A stretch of DNA of 64,000 nt. Origin: Candidatus Sumerlaeia bacterium. Lineage in GTDB: Bacteria; Sumerlaeota; Sumerlaeia; SLMS01. The stretch covers positions 7,789-71,788 of the forward strand of contig JBBQYG010000001.1 in the NCBI GenBank assembly GCA_038208905.1. Direction: 5' to 3'. Position numbers and translations under genes: made by a program. Of the stretch, positions 27,445 to 37,710 are shown piece by piece. Position 1 is the stretch's first letter. Each line of letters opens with the position of its first letter. The notes beneath the pieces were generated by a model. That model made no database searches. It saw only the letters and a list, made by a program, of their open reading frames with translations, and was not told the origin of the DNA.

Positions 27445-28953
27445 CTACGAGTTCATGGCCTCGAGGAAGTCCTTGTTGCTGGTGGTCTTCTTCATGCGTT
27501 CGAGGAGGAAGTCCATCGCTTCGATGACGTTGAGTTCGTTGAGGATCTTGCGGAGAAGCCACACGCGCTGAAGCTCGGTGGGGCTGAGGAGCAGCTCCTC
27601 CTTGCGCGTGACAGAGATCATGATGTCGATGGCGGGATAGATACGGCGGTCGGCCAGCTTGCGGTCCAGCTTAACCTCGCTGTTGCCGGTGCCCTTGAAC
27701 TCCTCGAAGATCACGTCGTCCATCTTGGACCCGGTCTCGACGAGGGCGGTGGCGATGATGGTAAGGGAGCCGCCCTCCTCCACGTTGCGCGCGGCGCCGA
27801 AGAAGCGCTTGGGCTTGTGGAGGGCGTTGTCGTCGATACCTCCGGAAATCTCGCGGCCCGAGGATGGGGCGATGGTATTGTAGGCGCGCGCCAAGCGGGT
27901 GATCGAGTCGAGCAGGATCACCACGTCGCGTCCGTGCTCGGTCAGGCGCTTGGCCTTCTCGATGACCATCTCGGCGACTTGGACGTGGCGGTCGGCGGGC
28001 TCGTCGAAGGTCGAGCTGATGACCTCGCCATTCACCGTGCGCTCCATGTCAGTCACTTCCTCGGGACGCTCGTCGATGAGGAGGACGATCAGGAACACTT
28101 CGGGGTGGTTGGTCGTGATGGCGTTGGCGATGTCCTGAAGCATCACCGTCTTGCCGGTGCGCGGCGGGGCGACGATCAGGGCGCGCTGGCCCTTGCCCAG
28201 CGGCGTCAGCAAGTCCATGACGCGGGTGGTCAGCTTGCCGCGAAGCGTCTCAAGACGGAAACGCTCGTTGGGATACAGCGGCGTCAGATTGTCGAAAAGG
28301 ATCTTCTCCTTCGCCGTCTGCGGATCGACGTCGTTGATCTTCTCCACCTTGAGGAGGGCGAAGTACTTTTCACCTTCCTTGGGTGGGCGGACGGTGCCCA
28401 CGACGGTGTCGCCCTTGCGCAGGCCGAATCGGCGCACCTGGGACGGCGAGACGTAAATGTCATCCGGTCCCCACAGGTAGTTGTAGCTGGCTGAGCGAAG
28501 GAATCCAAAACCGCCATCGGGGAGGATTTCCAGTACGCCGTTGGCGCGCAGGCCGCCCTCGATGTTGGCGTTGTGGCGTAGTATCTGGAAAATGAGGTCC
28601 TGCTTGCGCATGCCCGCGGCGTTATCAACGCCGATTTCCTGAGCCATCTTGGCGAGTTCCGCCATCGACATGCGCTTGAGCTGGCCGAGATCGACGACGT
28701 GGCCGACATTGGGATTCAGGCTGCCACCATCGGCGGGCGCAAAGTCCTCCTCCTCGGGATCGTCCTCGAACTCGTCGTAGTAGTTCTCGTCGAGTCCCGG
28801 CGGCATCGGCTGGGAATTGGGGTTTCCCCCGTTGCCACCTGGGCGCTTGCGCCGACGCGGGCGCGGCCCGTTGTGCCCCATTTGAGGCTGGGGGGCGGCG
28901 GCGGAATTGCCGGGCTGGGGTCCCTGTCCGGACGAGTTTTTTCTACGGCGCAT
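27445..28953 (-). CDS. rho: Transcription termination factor Rho with an N-terminal low-complexity insertion
   Basis: 502 aa. OB-fold RNA-binding domain. Walker A (APPRTGKT). Q- and R-loops. C-terminal ATPase. The first ~90 aa are basic and Gly/Asn/Pro-rich, followed by an acidic patch. Confidence 0.95.
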   Translation of the reverse strand: MRRRKNSSGQGPQPGNSAAAPQPQMGHNGPRPRRRKRPGGNGGNPNSQPMPPGLDENYYDEFEDDPEEEDFAPADGGSLNPNVGHVVDLGQLKRMSMAELAKMAQEIGVDNAAGMRKQDLIFQILRHNANIEGGLRANGVLEILPDGGFGFLRSASYNYLWGPDDIYVSPSQVRRFGLRKGDTVVGTVRPPKEGEKYFALLKVEKINDVDPQTAKEKILFDNLTPLYPNERFRLETLRGKLTTRVMDLLTPLGKGQRALIVAPPRTGKTVMLQDIANAITTNHPEVFLIVLLIDERPEEVTDMERTVNGEVISSTFDEPADRHVQVAEMVIEKAKRLTEHGRDVVILLDSITRLARAYNTIAPSSGREISGGIDDNALHKPKRFFGAARNVEEGGSLTIIATALVETGSKMDDVIFEEFKGTGNSEVKLDRKLADRRIYPAIDIMISVTRKEELLLSPTELQRVWLLRKILNELNVIEAMDFLLERMKKTTSNKDFLEAMNS

Positions 28954-29097
28954 GAAGCTACTTCTCCTGTGGTTGGTTGCCGAGTGGTTGGTGGTTTGCT
29001 TGCAAAGTCATAAAGGGGGAGGGGGGCCCGGCTGGGCAGGCGGCGCCTCGAAAAGAGCGAGGCGCGCGGAGGCGGGGTGGTCTATCTCACAGAGTAA

Positions 29098-29739
29098 TCA
29101 AGATTCGGGCCCAAGATCGGCCCCCGTCGAAATACCAGCGGGGAATCCGCCGGGAAACAGATGGGCCAGCAGCACGGCCACCTTGGCCGCCGTCACCCGT
29201 CGCGAGCCCGAATTGTCGATCAGATGATCTGCCCGCGTGATCTTGTCGGCCTGACTCATCTGGGCCGAGAGGCGCCGCTGGGCCTCCTCCCGGTCGATCC
29301 CGCGATAGGACGCGAGGCGGCGAAAGCGCTCCTCGTCGTCGATCGTAACCACCAACGTCTGGTCGCATTCGGCGTCGAGCCCGGTCTCGAACAAGAGCGG
29401 GACATCGAGCACGACGAGCGGGTCGGCGCGGTAGGACTGGATCAATTCGAGTTCTCGTTCCCGGACAGTGGGGTGAATGAGGCTTTCGAGGAGTAGTCGC
29501 TTATCGGGGTCGGCAAAGACGATCTTTGCCAGTGCATGCCTGTCGAGCGAGCCATCAGGTAGCAGAACGCCGTCGCCAAACTGGCGGGCAATCGCGGAAA
29601 GAACGGGTTTTCCTGGCTGGACGATGTCGCGGGCGATGGTGTCGGCACAGACCACCTTGGCGCCGCACCGTGACATCAGCGACGATACAAACGTCTTCCC
29701 ACTGCCTAGCGAGCCCGTCAAGCCGAGAATCAAGGGCAT
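29098..29739 (-). CDS. coaE: Dephospho-CoA kinase
   Basis: Start MPLILGLTGSLGSGKT (P-loop). CoaE fold motifs. Located downstream of polA, which is the common polA-coaE linkage. Confidence 0.85.
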   Translation of the reverse strand: MPLILGLTGSLGSGKTFVSSLMSRCGAKVVCADTIARDIVQPGKPVLSAIARQFGDGVLLPDGSLDRHALAKIVFADPDKRLLLESLIHPTVRERELELIQSYRADPLVVLDVPLLFETGLDAECDQTLVVTIDDEERFRRLASYRGIDREEAQRRLSAQMSQADKITRADHLIDNSGSRRVTAAKVAVLLAHLFPGGFPAGISTGADLGPES

Positions 29740-29747
29740 GGGACTGC

Positions 29748-29919
29748 TCCAAGGGAAGGGACGAGCGGGAAAGACGGAAAAAGCGGGAAAGGGGGAGAAA
29801 AGATGAAAGGTCGATGCCATCCGACCGAGTTCGGTATCGACACGTCGTTCATAATCCCCGCCCTGCCTTTCGTCGCCGTTCCCGTATTTCCCGCCGTCCC
29901 CGCCTTTCCCGCCGTTCCC
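29748..29919. repeat. Inverted arrays of GGGAAA / TTTCCC unit repeats flanking a ~55-nt spacer between coaE and polA
   Basis: Left arm gggaagggacgagcgggaaagacggaaaaagcgggaaaggggg (29748-29800). Right arm ccgcctttcgtcgccgttcccgtatttcccgccgtccccgcctttcccgccgttcccc (29860-29919). The arms are reverse-complementary in composition (purine-rich GGGAAA units versus TTTCCC units). Confidence 0.55.
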
Positions 29920-32607
29920 CTAGCACCTAGCCCAATTCTCCCCCACCGACACATCCACCCGGATCGGGACATCAAGGGGGAGGGCGTTGGCCATCTCGTC
30001 ACGGACGAGGATGGTGAGGCGGTCCACCTCGGGGAGGGGGGTGTCGAAGATGAGTTCGTCGTGGACTTGCAGGATCATGCGGGAGGCAAGCCCCTCGGCC
30101 TTGATTCGGGGGGCGATGCGCAACATGGCGGCCTTGATCATGTCGGCGCTGGTCCCTTGGATCGGCGTGTTGACGGCGATGCGTTCGGCAAAGTTCCGCT
30201 GGTTGGCGTTGCGCGCGTTGATGTCTGAGACAAAGCGGCGGCGACCCAGCAGCGTGGTCACGTAGCCATCGCGGCGCGCGGCCTCCTTGGTTTCCTCGAT
30301 GAAGCGGGCCACGCCGGAATAGATGCGGAAGTAATCGTCGATGAAGCGCTTGGCCTCGGCGCGGCTGATTCCCAGGTCCTTGGAAAGCCGGAAGTCCGAC
30401 ATGCCGTAGATGATCCCGAAGTTGATGGCCTTGGCCTGGCCGCGCATCGCGGAGCTGACCTCTGCCTCGGGGATTCCGAAGACCTTGGAGGCCGTGAGCG
30501 TATGCACGTCGCCGCCGGTGCGGAAGGCCTCGCGCAGGGCCTCGTCACCGCTCAGATGCGCGAGGATGCGGAGCTCGATCTGGGAATAGTCGGCGGAAAC
30601 GAGAACCCATCCGTCGGCGCGCGGGAGAAAGCCCTCGCGGATGCGGCGCCCCGCCTCCGTGCGGATGGGGATGTTCTGCAAGTTTGGATTCGAGCTGGAG
30701 AGCCGGCCCGTGGCGGCGATGGTCTGGTTGAAGCTCGTGTGGAGGCGACCCGTCTGGGGATGCACCATGCCGGGTAGCGGTTCGAGGTACGTGTTGCGCA
30801 GCTTTTCCACCTGGCGAAATTCCAGCAACTTGCGCGGGAGTGGATGCTTGTCCTCCAGCTCCTCGAGCACGGAAACGTCGGTGGAGTAGGTGCCGGACTT
30901 CCCCTTTTTGCCGGTGGGGAGTTTCAGCTCGTCGAAGAGGATCGCGCCCACCTGCTTGGGGGAGTTGATGTTAAAGAAGCGCCCGGCAATGCGGTGGATT
31001 TCCTCCGCGTGGCGGGCGAGTTCCCTTTCCGCCTCCTTGGAGAGGCGCTGGAAGTGGTCGCGGTCGATGCGGACGCCTTCCATTTCCATCTCGGCGAGGA
31101 TCGATTCGAGGGGGAGTTCGACCTCTCGATAGAGCCGGTCCATCCCTGCCTCGGCCACCTTGGGCGCAAGGTGGCGGCATAGCTGAAGCGTGGCGTCGGC
31201 ATCCTGGCAGGCATATCGGCCCGAGTCCTCGATGGTGACACCGGCCATCGTGACCATGTCGTCTCCGCCGCCGATGAGTTCGGAGATCTCGGTCATCTTG
31301 ATGCCAAGAAGCGAGACGGCCATTTCCTTGAGGCGCAGGGAATTCGACCGGTCGGGCGCGAGCAGGAATCCCGCGATCATCGAGTCGCCCGCGATGACGC
31401 ACGGCGGGAATCCGGCCCGGCCCAGAATCTTGCAGTCGTAGTTCCAATTGTGCGCGACCCAGCGGATCGCGGGGTCGGAAAGGAGGGGACCGAGCACCGC
31501 GCGCACGTCATCGAGCGCAAGCTGTGGCTCAGAACCGCCGTGGCCGACGGGGAGATACACGGCCTGATTCGTGGCCCACGAAATCGAGATGCCGACGAGG
31601 CTCGCCACGAGCGCGTCGAGGTCGGTGGTCTCGGTGTCGATGGAGGCCTCGCCCGCGGAGCGGATCGCGCTCGCGGCATCCTCCAGTTCCGCGCGCGTGC
31701 GCAGGACGCGGTAGTCAACGGTGCGCTCTTCGACGGTGGCGCCGCCGAGATCGGCGAGGAGCGATTGGAAGTTCATCTCGCGATAGAACTCGCGCAGCTC
31801 TGGCGTCGGCACGTAGGACCAGAGGAACGCATCCCAGTCGAAGGACGCGATGCAGTCTGTATCGAGCGTTGCCAGCTTTTCCGACAGGCGAACCGCTTCG
31901 GGCTGGGTGCGGAGGAACTCCGCCACCTTTGCGGGCTTCACCGCGTCGGCGTTGGCGATGATGGCCTCGATGGTGCCGTACTCGGCGAGGAGCTTGGCGG
32001 CGCCCTTCGCTCCGCAGCCTGGCACGCCGGGAATGTTATCCGCCGTGTCGCCGACGATGCCGAGGTAGGCGGCGATTTGGTTGGGGCGAACGCCCATCTT
32101 CTCAAAGACGCCCTGCTCGTCCAGCAGTTCGGTCTTCTGAAGATGCTCTCGCAGGACCTTGATCCCCGGGCGGACGATCTGGAGAAGGTCCTTGTCGGAG
32201 GAGCAGACGAGGGCCTCTCCCCCGCTCTCCGCCGCGCGGAGCGCCAGTGCGGCCAGCGCGTCGTCGGCCTCGAAGCCATCGAGTGTGACCATCGGCACGC
32301 GCAGGATGCCGAGCAGTTCCTTCACGCGATGGTACTGAATCTTGAGGTCGTCGGGCGTGGGGGGGCGGTGGGCCTTGTACTCGGCAAAGAGGTTGTCGCG
32401 AAAGGACTTGCCGGGGGCGTCGAACACGACGGCGACGTGCTGGAGGCCATGCTGCCGCTGGAGGCGGAAGAAGGTGGAGATGAACCCGTAGATGGCCGAC
32501 GTTGGCTCCCCGCGCGCGTTGGTCAGCTGCTCGCGGATCGCGTGGTAGGCCTTGTAGAGGTTCGAGTGACCATCGATGAGGACGAGGGTCTTTCCGGAGT
32601 TGCTCAT
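29920..32607 (-). CDS. polA: DNA polymerase I
   Basis: 895 aa. N-terminal 5'-3' exonuclease (LVLIDGHSNLYKAYHA). 3'-5' exonuclease region. C-terminal family-A polymerase motifs (DYSQIELRILAHLS, RRQAKAINFGIIYG, QVHDELI). Confidence 0.95.
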   Translation of the reverse strand: MSNSGKTLVLIDGHSNLYKAYHAIREQLTNARGEPTSAIYGFISTFFRLQRQHGLQHVAVVFDAPGKSFRDNLFAEYKAHRPPTPDDLKIQYHRVKELLGILRVPMVTLDGFEADDALAALALRAAESGGEALVCSSDKDLLQIVRPGIKVLREHLQKTELLDEQGVFEKMGVRPNQIAAYLGIVGDTADNIPGVPGCGAKGAAKLLAEYGTIEAIIANADAVKPAKVAEFLRTQPEAVRLSEKLATLDTDCIASFDWDAFLWSYVPTPELREFYREMNFQSLLADLGGATVEERTVDYRVLRTRAELEDAASAIRSAGEASIDTETTDLDALVASLVGISISWATNQAVYLPVGHGGSEPQLALDDVRAVLGPLLSDPAIRWVAHNWNYDCKILGRAGFPPCVIAGDSMIAGFLLAPDRSNSLRLKEMAVSLLGIKMTEISELIGGGDDMVTMAGVTIEDSGRYACQDADATLQLCRHLAPKVAEAGMDRLYREVELPLESILAEMEMEGVRIDRDHFQRLSKEAERELARHAEEIHRIAGRFFNINSPKQVGAILFDELKLPTGKKGKSGTYSTDVSVLEELEDKHPLPRKLLEFRQVEKLRNTYLEPLPGMVHPQTGRLHTSFNQTIAATGRLSSSNPNLQNIPIRTEAGRRIREGFLPRADGWVLVSADYSQIELRILAHLSGDEALREAFRTGGDVHTLTASKVFGIPEAEVSSAMRGQAKAINFGIIYGMSDFRLSKDLGISRAEAKRFIDDYFRIYSGVARFIEETKEAARRDGYVTTLLGRRRFVSDINARNANQRNFAERIAVNTPIQGTSADMIKAAMLRIAPRIKAEGLASRMILQVHDELIFDTPLPEVDRLTILVRDEMANALPLDVPIRVDVSVGENWARC

Positions 32608-32643
32608 GGGGGCGGGCTGCCGTGCGCGGGGGAGGGAATGAAA

Positions 32644-32672
32644 CGCGCCCCGGGAAAAAGCCCCGGGGCGCG
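32644..32672 (-). terminator. Rho-independent terminator after the secretin gene
   Basis: Perfect hairpin cgcgccccggg(aaaaag)cccggggcgcg. On the minus-strand transcript it is followed by UUUCAUU. Confidence 0.55.
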
Positions 32673-32697
32673 AAGGTGAGGCGGCTTGGCGGGGGTG

Positions 32698-35600
32698 TTA
32701 GTCCTTCACGACGTTACCGGTGAGGAAGATGAGGAGCGTAATCTTGTCCTCGGTGTTCTGGGTCCGGTTGAATAGGTACTTGCCGATGAAGGGAATGTCG
32801 CGGAGAATCGGGACGCCGGACTCGAGGTCCTGCGTGCGCTCCGACCGCCATCCACCGAGGACCACCGTGCCGCCGTCCTTGATGCGGGCCCTGGTGGTCA
32901 GTTCCTTGCGGATGCGGCCCACGTCGGCGAAGCGGCTGGCCTGGGGAAGCGTGGTGGCGGGAGCGAGTGCCGACACCGCAGAGGGATCAAGGGTGACGAT
33001 CTGACCGATGTTCTGATCGATGTCCTCCATATTCACGTCGATATCCAGCGTGATGTTGCCCGCGCGGGTGACGTTGGGGGTGATCGAGAGATCGACAGGC
33101 GTCAGGCCCGTGACCAAGCTGAGCTGCTGGTTGCCGCCGCCGGTCGCGCCGCCACCAGTTGCTCCCTCGATGGGGCGGGGCGAGCCGAACGAGCGCTCGA
33201 CGATGAAGTCGGCGGTTTCGGTATTCAGCACCGTGACGCGGGGTCCGTTGACGACGTTGATGATTCCCTGGGCCTCGAGCACGCGAAGCGTGAACGAGAT
33301 GGGGGAGCTGCCGTTGCTGACCAGGTAGTTGAAGACGGTCGAGCCCTTGAGGAGGTTTGCGGCCTCGTTCCCCTCGACGGGGGCCTCGAAGGGGCTGCGG
33401 AACTCGTCGCGGTCCTGAGCGAATCGCGAACCGAGAAGAGAATCCGAGAGATCGAAGCCATCGGTCAGGTTGCCGATCGTGAACTCCGGCTTGATTTCCT
33501 TGGCCTTGTTGCTGGCCACCTCGACGAACTTGATCTCGATATCGACCTGAAGCGTCGGGATGTCCAGCGTGCGGACCCAGAACTCCACGCGGCGGAGCTC
33601 TTCGATGCTGTCGTACTCGACGAAGATGGCGTTCAGGTTCTCGATCTCGACGATGGTGAGGCCGGTTTCGGCGCGAACCTGATCGCGCTGGGCCTCGACG
33701 TCGGCCTGAGCCTGATCCTGCACTTGGGTGTCGCCGCCGCCGGTGTTTCCGCCGGGGACGAAGCGGATGGTCAAACGGACTCGGCCTTCGCCGGGCGTGT
33801 TGGAGGGCTTGATGTCATCGGCGACGATCTCGAAGTCCTCGACGAATTGCGAGCGGAACTCCTCGATGGTGACATCCTGGCTGGTGGTGCCGGTGCGGAC
33901 GACCATCTCCACGCTGTCGTCGTTATCGTCCACGGTGTCATTCTCGTTCACGCGCGTAACCCGGAAGTTGCCGCCGTTGAAGTCGAAGTCGTCCTGGACG
34001 CCAAGCGTCTGATTGACCTCGGTGCCGCTGGACGCGCTGGAATCCGCGCTGGCGCTGATTCCGAGGAAGGACTCGATCTGGCCGGCCAGATCGGCGGCAT
34101 TGGCGTGATCGAGGAAGATGATCTTGCTGCGCCGACGCGCATCGATCTGGGGAAGGTTCTCGATGAAGTTCTGCACCGTGGCGATGCGGTCGGCCGTGTC
34201 GGTGATGGTGAGCTGGAGGGAGGCCGGGTCGTACCAGAGGCGACGGCCCTCGGCCTCCGCCTTGCTGTAGCCGTCCTGCGAGTAGAGGAGCGTCTCGACG
34301 ACCGAGCGCACCTGATCCGCGAAGGCGCGGGCAAGGTCGGGGTTGTCGGCGAACTGGGTGATCGGCGTCAGGTTGAAGGTGGCGATGGTGAGCTCATTGC
34401 TGTAGAACTTGGCGAGGAAGTTCTGGTCCTGCAGGATATTGCGGACCTTCTGAACGTTGTCGGCGGTGTCCTTGATGATAAGGGTGCTGCCCTCGATGAT
34501 GAGCTTGCGCTCGGGGTTGAAGGGCTGGAGGTCGTCGGCGACGAGGAGGGCGGAGAGGAGCGCCTTGATCTCGGGGGCCTTGGACTCGTCGATCTCGTAG
34601 CTATCGAAGATGAGCTGCGTGCGCTGCTGGCCGCGCAGGCTCTCCTGAATCTTGCGGATCTTGGAGATGTTGGCCTCGGAATCCGTGACGATCAGCAGGT
34701 TGCGGGCGGTATCGAGGAGGATCTCCTGGCCGAGGAGGCTGGGAACGCCCTTCTCACCGTAAAGCAGGCGCGGAAGCGTGCCGCCCTCGATGAGGGACTC
34801 GATGGTGGATATCTGGTCGGGAGCGAGGCGGAAGACCTCGGTGCGCAGGTCGGGTTCGATGATAACGATGCTCTTGCCCGGTTCGCGGCGCCAGCGGAGG
34901 CCGATGGGAAGCAGCGCGGAATCGAGCACCTCGTGCAGGGCCACGTCTTCCCAGGCGCCCTCGATCTTGGCATTCACTTCGCCGACGATGGAAAAGTCGA
35001 TGCCCGAGAGCACGCGCAGGTTCTGGAGGAAATCCGCGAGGGACATGGCGCCGATGGTCCGCAGGGGAATCGGCGTGTTCATCTTCTCGACGGCGTCGGC
35101 CTCACTCTGCTCAAGGTTCCGCTTTGCGGCCTCGTTGGCCTGGAGGGCGTTGTACTCGGCTTCCGTGCCGGCGAGGTAGGAATCGGGCTTGAGGAACGAA
35201 GGATCGAGGTCCTTGGCATCCAGCCAGCGCTGACGGGCGCGGGCGAGTTCACCCTTCTTGTAGAGGGAAACGCCCTCGTCATAGGCCATCTCGGCCTGAC
35301 GGGTGCGCTCCTTGGAGAGGCGTTCGACATCGGCCTTGGCCGCGGCTTCCTGTGCCTTGACGGCGGCATCGGCCTTGGCAACCGCGGCTGCGGGAGTGGG
35401 GGCGGTCGCTTCGACAGGGGGAACCGGGGTGGGGGCCGGTGTGAACTGGGCGGCGGGGGCGTTGGCAAAGGGGCTGTCGGGGACGCCGGGCGCGGGGGCA
35501 GGCGTGGGCGCCGGAGCGGAAGCGAAGGGGCTGTCGGGAACGGTCGCGGCGGCAGCCGACACGGGGCGTTCGATGACGACAGGAGGCGCGGGAGTGGGAG

Positions 35601-36960
35601 CAGGCGTCGGGGCGGGCGTGGGCTTGGGAGCCTCGGCCACCACGGCGGTCTTCTTGACGGCCTCGGCGGCCGCCTTCTTGTCGTCTTCTGCCTTCTTGGC
35701 GGCAGCGGCGAGGGCCTTCTTCTCTTCTCCGGCCTTCTTGACTGCGGCCGCGTCGGCGATCTTCTTGTCCTCCGCAGCCTTCTTCGCGGCAGCGGCTTCG
35801 CCGACCTTCTTATCGTCCTCGTCCTTCTTTGCGAGAGCGGCTGCCTTCTTGTCGTCTTCCGCCTTCTTCGCCGCAGCGGCCTTCTTATCGGCGTCCACGG
35901 ACTTCATGGCGGAGGAGCTTGCTGCTCCCAGCGACTTGTTGGCCGACTCGAGGCCCTTCTTGGCCTTGGAGTTTGTGGGCGCGGAGGCGAGCACGGCCGC
36001 GTAGGCCTTGGCGGCGCCATCGTAGTTCTTCGCCTTAAGCAGGCGATCGGCGGCGGCGAGGTCCTCCCCGAGCTTCCGCTCCTGAGAGGCGGCGACGAAC
36101 TTCTTCTCCTCGGAGCCAATCTTGGCGAGGAGGGAAGTGGCGGGCTTGTTCTGCTTATCGAGCGCGAAAACGCGGCCGACGGTCTGGCGGGACTTGTCGA
36201 ACTGGTTGGCCTTGAGTTCCGCGCTGGCGGTCTTCAGGAGGCCATCGATCGCGGTCTTGTTCTTGGCGGCGTTGAAGGCGGATTCCTCTTTGGCAATCCG
36301 GGCGGAGAGCTTATCGAGGTCATTCTTGAAGAGCCCCTTGGCGGTCTCGCGCGCGGCGGCCTCGTTCCGGCGGGCCTCGTCGAAACGCTTCTCCTTGGAG
36401 GCGCGTTCGGCGGCCTTGATCCGGTCGCCCACAGCCTTCTCGAGGGATTCTTCGAGGCCCTTGGTGCGCTCCTTCTCGATGCGCTCGCGAAGGCTCTTGG
36501 CGCGTGAGTTGGCCGGGTCGAGTTCCAGTGCCTTGGTGACCTCGACGGCGGCTTCGTCATAGCGGCCTGCATTGCGGCGGTCGTCCGCGGAACGCAGGAT
36601 GCTGGACACTCGCTCTGCGCGGGCGCTGGCGACGGCGGCTTGCTCGGCCGCGGCGATATCCTTGGCGAGCTGGTCGAGACCGGGCGCCTTGGGATCGGCG
36701 GCGCGCGCCCTCTCGAGGAACTCGCGGGCGGCGGAAAACTGCTCCTTCTTCAACTCGGCGCGAGCCGACTTGAGGAGCTGTTCCGCCTGAGCGGTGCCAT
36801 TGGTTTTCTTGGCATCGGTCTGGCTGGACTTGGATGCGGTGTCGTTGGGGGCCGATTGGATCGCCACCGGTGCCAGCATGAGGCTGGCAGCCAGAGTGGC
36901 TTGGATAGCCACGCCTCCGGTTAGCTTTCGTAGGCAACGCCTGCTGCTCTGCCGATTCAT
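32698..36960 (-). CDS. pilQ: Giant type IV pilus/T2SS-type secretin (PilQ-like) with a long N-terminal TPR/coiled-coil and Ala-Lys-rich repeat region
   Basis: 1420 aa. Signal peptide. The first ~420 aa are TPR-like/coiled-coil. A low-complexity (KKAAEDKK)n region is followed by a PTPAPTPAP linker. The C-terminal secretin domain ends ...GGWRSERTQDLESGVPILRDIPFIGKYLFNRTQNTEDKITLLIFLTGNVV. It is downstream of the pilM-N gene. Confidence 0.8.
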   Translation of the reverse strand: MNRQSSRRCLRKLTGGVAIQATLAASLMLAPVAIQSAPNDTASKSSQTDAKKTNGTAQAEQLLKSARAELKKEQFSAAREFLERARAADPKAPGLDQLAKDIAAAEQAAVASARAERVSSILRSADDRRNAGRYDEAAVEVTKALELDPANSRAKSLRERIEKERTKGLEESLEKAVGDRIKAAERASKEKRFDEARRNEAAARETAKGLFKNDLDKLSARIAKEESAFNAAKNKTAIDGLLKTASAELKANQFDKSRQTVGRVFALDKQNKPATSLLAKIGSEEKKFVAASQERKLGEDLAAADRLLKAKNYDGAAKAYAAVLASAPTNSKAKKGLESANKSLGAASSSAMKSVDADKKAAAAKKAEDDKKAAALAKKDEDDKKVGEAAAAKKAAEDKKIADAAAVKKAGEEKKALAAAAKKAEDDKKAAAEAVKKTAVVAEAPKPTPAPTPAPTPAPPVVIERPVSAAAATVPDSPFASAPAPTPAPAPGVPDSPFANAPAAQFTPAPTPVPPVEATAPTPAAAVAKADAAVKAQEAAAKADVERLSKERTRQAEMAYDEGVSLYKKGELARARQRWLDAKDLDPSFLKPDSYLAGTEAEYNALQANEAAKRNLEQSEADAVEKMNTPIPLRTIGAMSLADFLQNLRVLSGIDFSIVGEVNAKIEGAWEDVALHEVLDSALLPIGLRWRREPGKSIVIIEPDLRTEVFRLAPDQISTIESLIEGGTLPRLLYGEKGVPSLLGQEILLDTARNLLIVTDSEANISKIRKIQESLRGQQRTQLIFDSYEIDESKAPEIKALLSALLVADDLQPFNPERKLIIEGSTLIIKDTADNVQKVRNILQDQNFLAKFYSNELTIATFNLTPITQFADNPDLARAFADQVRSVVETLLYSQDGYSKAEAEGRRLWYDPASLQLTITDTADRIATVQNFIENLPQIDARRRSKIIFLDHANAADLAGQIESFLGISASADSSASSGTEVNQTLGVQDDFDFNGGNFRVTRVNENDTVDDNDDSVEMVVRTGTTSQDVTIEEFRSQFVEDFEIVADDIKPSNTPGEGRVRLTIRFVPGGNTGGGDTQVQDQAQADVEAQRDQVRAETGLTIVEIENLNAIFVEYDSIEELRRVEFWVRTLDIPTLQVDIEIKFVEVASNKAKEIKPEFTIGNLTDGFDLSDSLLGSRFAQDRDEFRSPFEAPVEGNEAANLLKGSTVFNYLVSNGSSPISFTLRVLEAQGIINVVNGPRVTVLNTETADFIVERSFGSPRPIEGATGGGATGGGNQQLSLVTGLTPVDLSITPNVTRAGNITLDIDVNMEDIDQNIGQIVTLDPSAVSALAPATTLPQASRFADVGRIRKELTTRARIKDGGTVVLGGWRSERTQDLESGVPILRDIPFIGKYLFNRTQNTEDKITLLIFLTGNVVKD

Positions 36961-37125
36961 AGGCCTCGTGCATCTCCTTGGTTTTCCACTACCAAGACAA
37001 CCTTACTCGTCTCCGGGGGCTTCAATCCACCCGGCAACCGAAAAGGTGTCAAGGAAACAGATGGGCTCTTTTCGCGGTCCATCATCATCGCTGCAATCCT
37101 GTGGTGCACTCCGAAATGCTGTAAA

Positions 37126-37668
37126 TCATGGGGTTGGCGCCACCGGTTGATCCGGCACGGGAGTCGGGGCGGTAATGGCGGCAATCTGGTTCTGTAGGTC
37201 CAGCGCCTCCCGGTGGGACGGATCACGATCCAGAATCCCGTTCACCACCCGCAGGGCATCGGTATACCGCTTCTCCTTGAAGAAGGACTCCGCATTGCGG
37301 TATTCCTTGTTTAACTCCTCGCGGGCGGCGCCTTCCTCGGTGGTGGACTTGCGGTCGAACATGTTGGGGCGGATCAGCTTCACCGCCTTGGTGTCCTTGG
37401 TGATGTCGGTCTGGGTGGAGATCAACTTCCCCTCCACGGCCATGATCGCATCGCGGTAGACGGGGACCACCTTGTCCTTCATCCGCTCGGAGGGAAGCAG
37501 GATCGTGAATTCCTTGGGTGTGGGATTGGGCTGCTCTGGTGGCGTGAAGTTGCTTTCGTTCAGCAGCATGTAGCCCGCGAGGCAGAGCAGCCCAACCAGA
37601 ACCCCGGTCGCCACCAAGTCGGCGCGCTTTTGGAGTTTCTCGAGGATTTCCTTCACCTGGTCGTTCAT
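37126..37668 (-). CDS. Membrane-anchored pilus-operon protein with one TPR-like repeat (at the PilO/PilP position)
   Basis: ATG at 37666-37668. N-terminal TM (LVATGVLVGLLCLAGYMLL). Located between the pilMN fusion and the secretin. Confidence 0.4.
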   Translation of the reverse strand: MNDQVKEILEKLQKRADLVATGVLVGLLCLAGYMLLNESNFTPPEQPNPTPKEFTILLPSERMKDKVVPVYRDAIMAVEGKLISTQTDITKDTKAVKLIRPNMFDRKSTTEEGAAREELNKEYRNAESFFKEKRYTDALRVVNGILDRDPSHREALDLQNQIAAITAPTPVPDQPVAPTP

Positions 37669-37710
37669 CGCGGCATCACCTTGGCGTGTTACCAAATTCC
37701 TGCTTTCCTG

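Noticed and set aside
33724-36507. 927-aa ORF antisense to the secretin gene
   Set aside because: Its translation is Gly/Leu/Ala/Asp low-complexity mirroring the secretin's Ala/Lys/Glu repeats. The secretin frame carries a signal peptide and the conserved C-terminal secretin domain.
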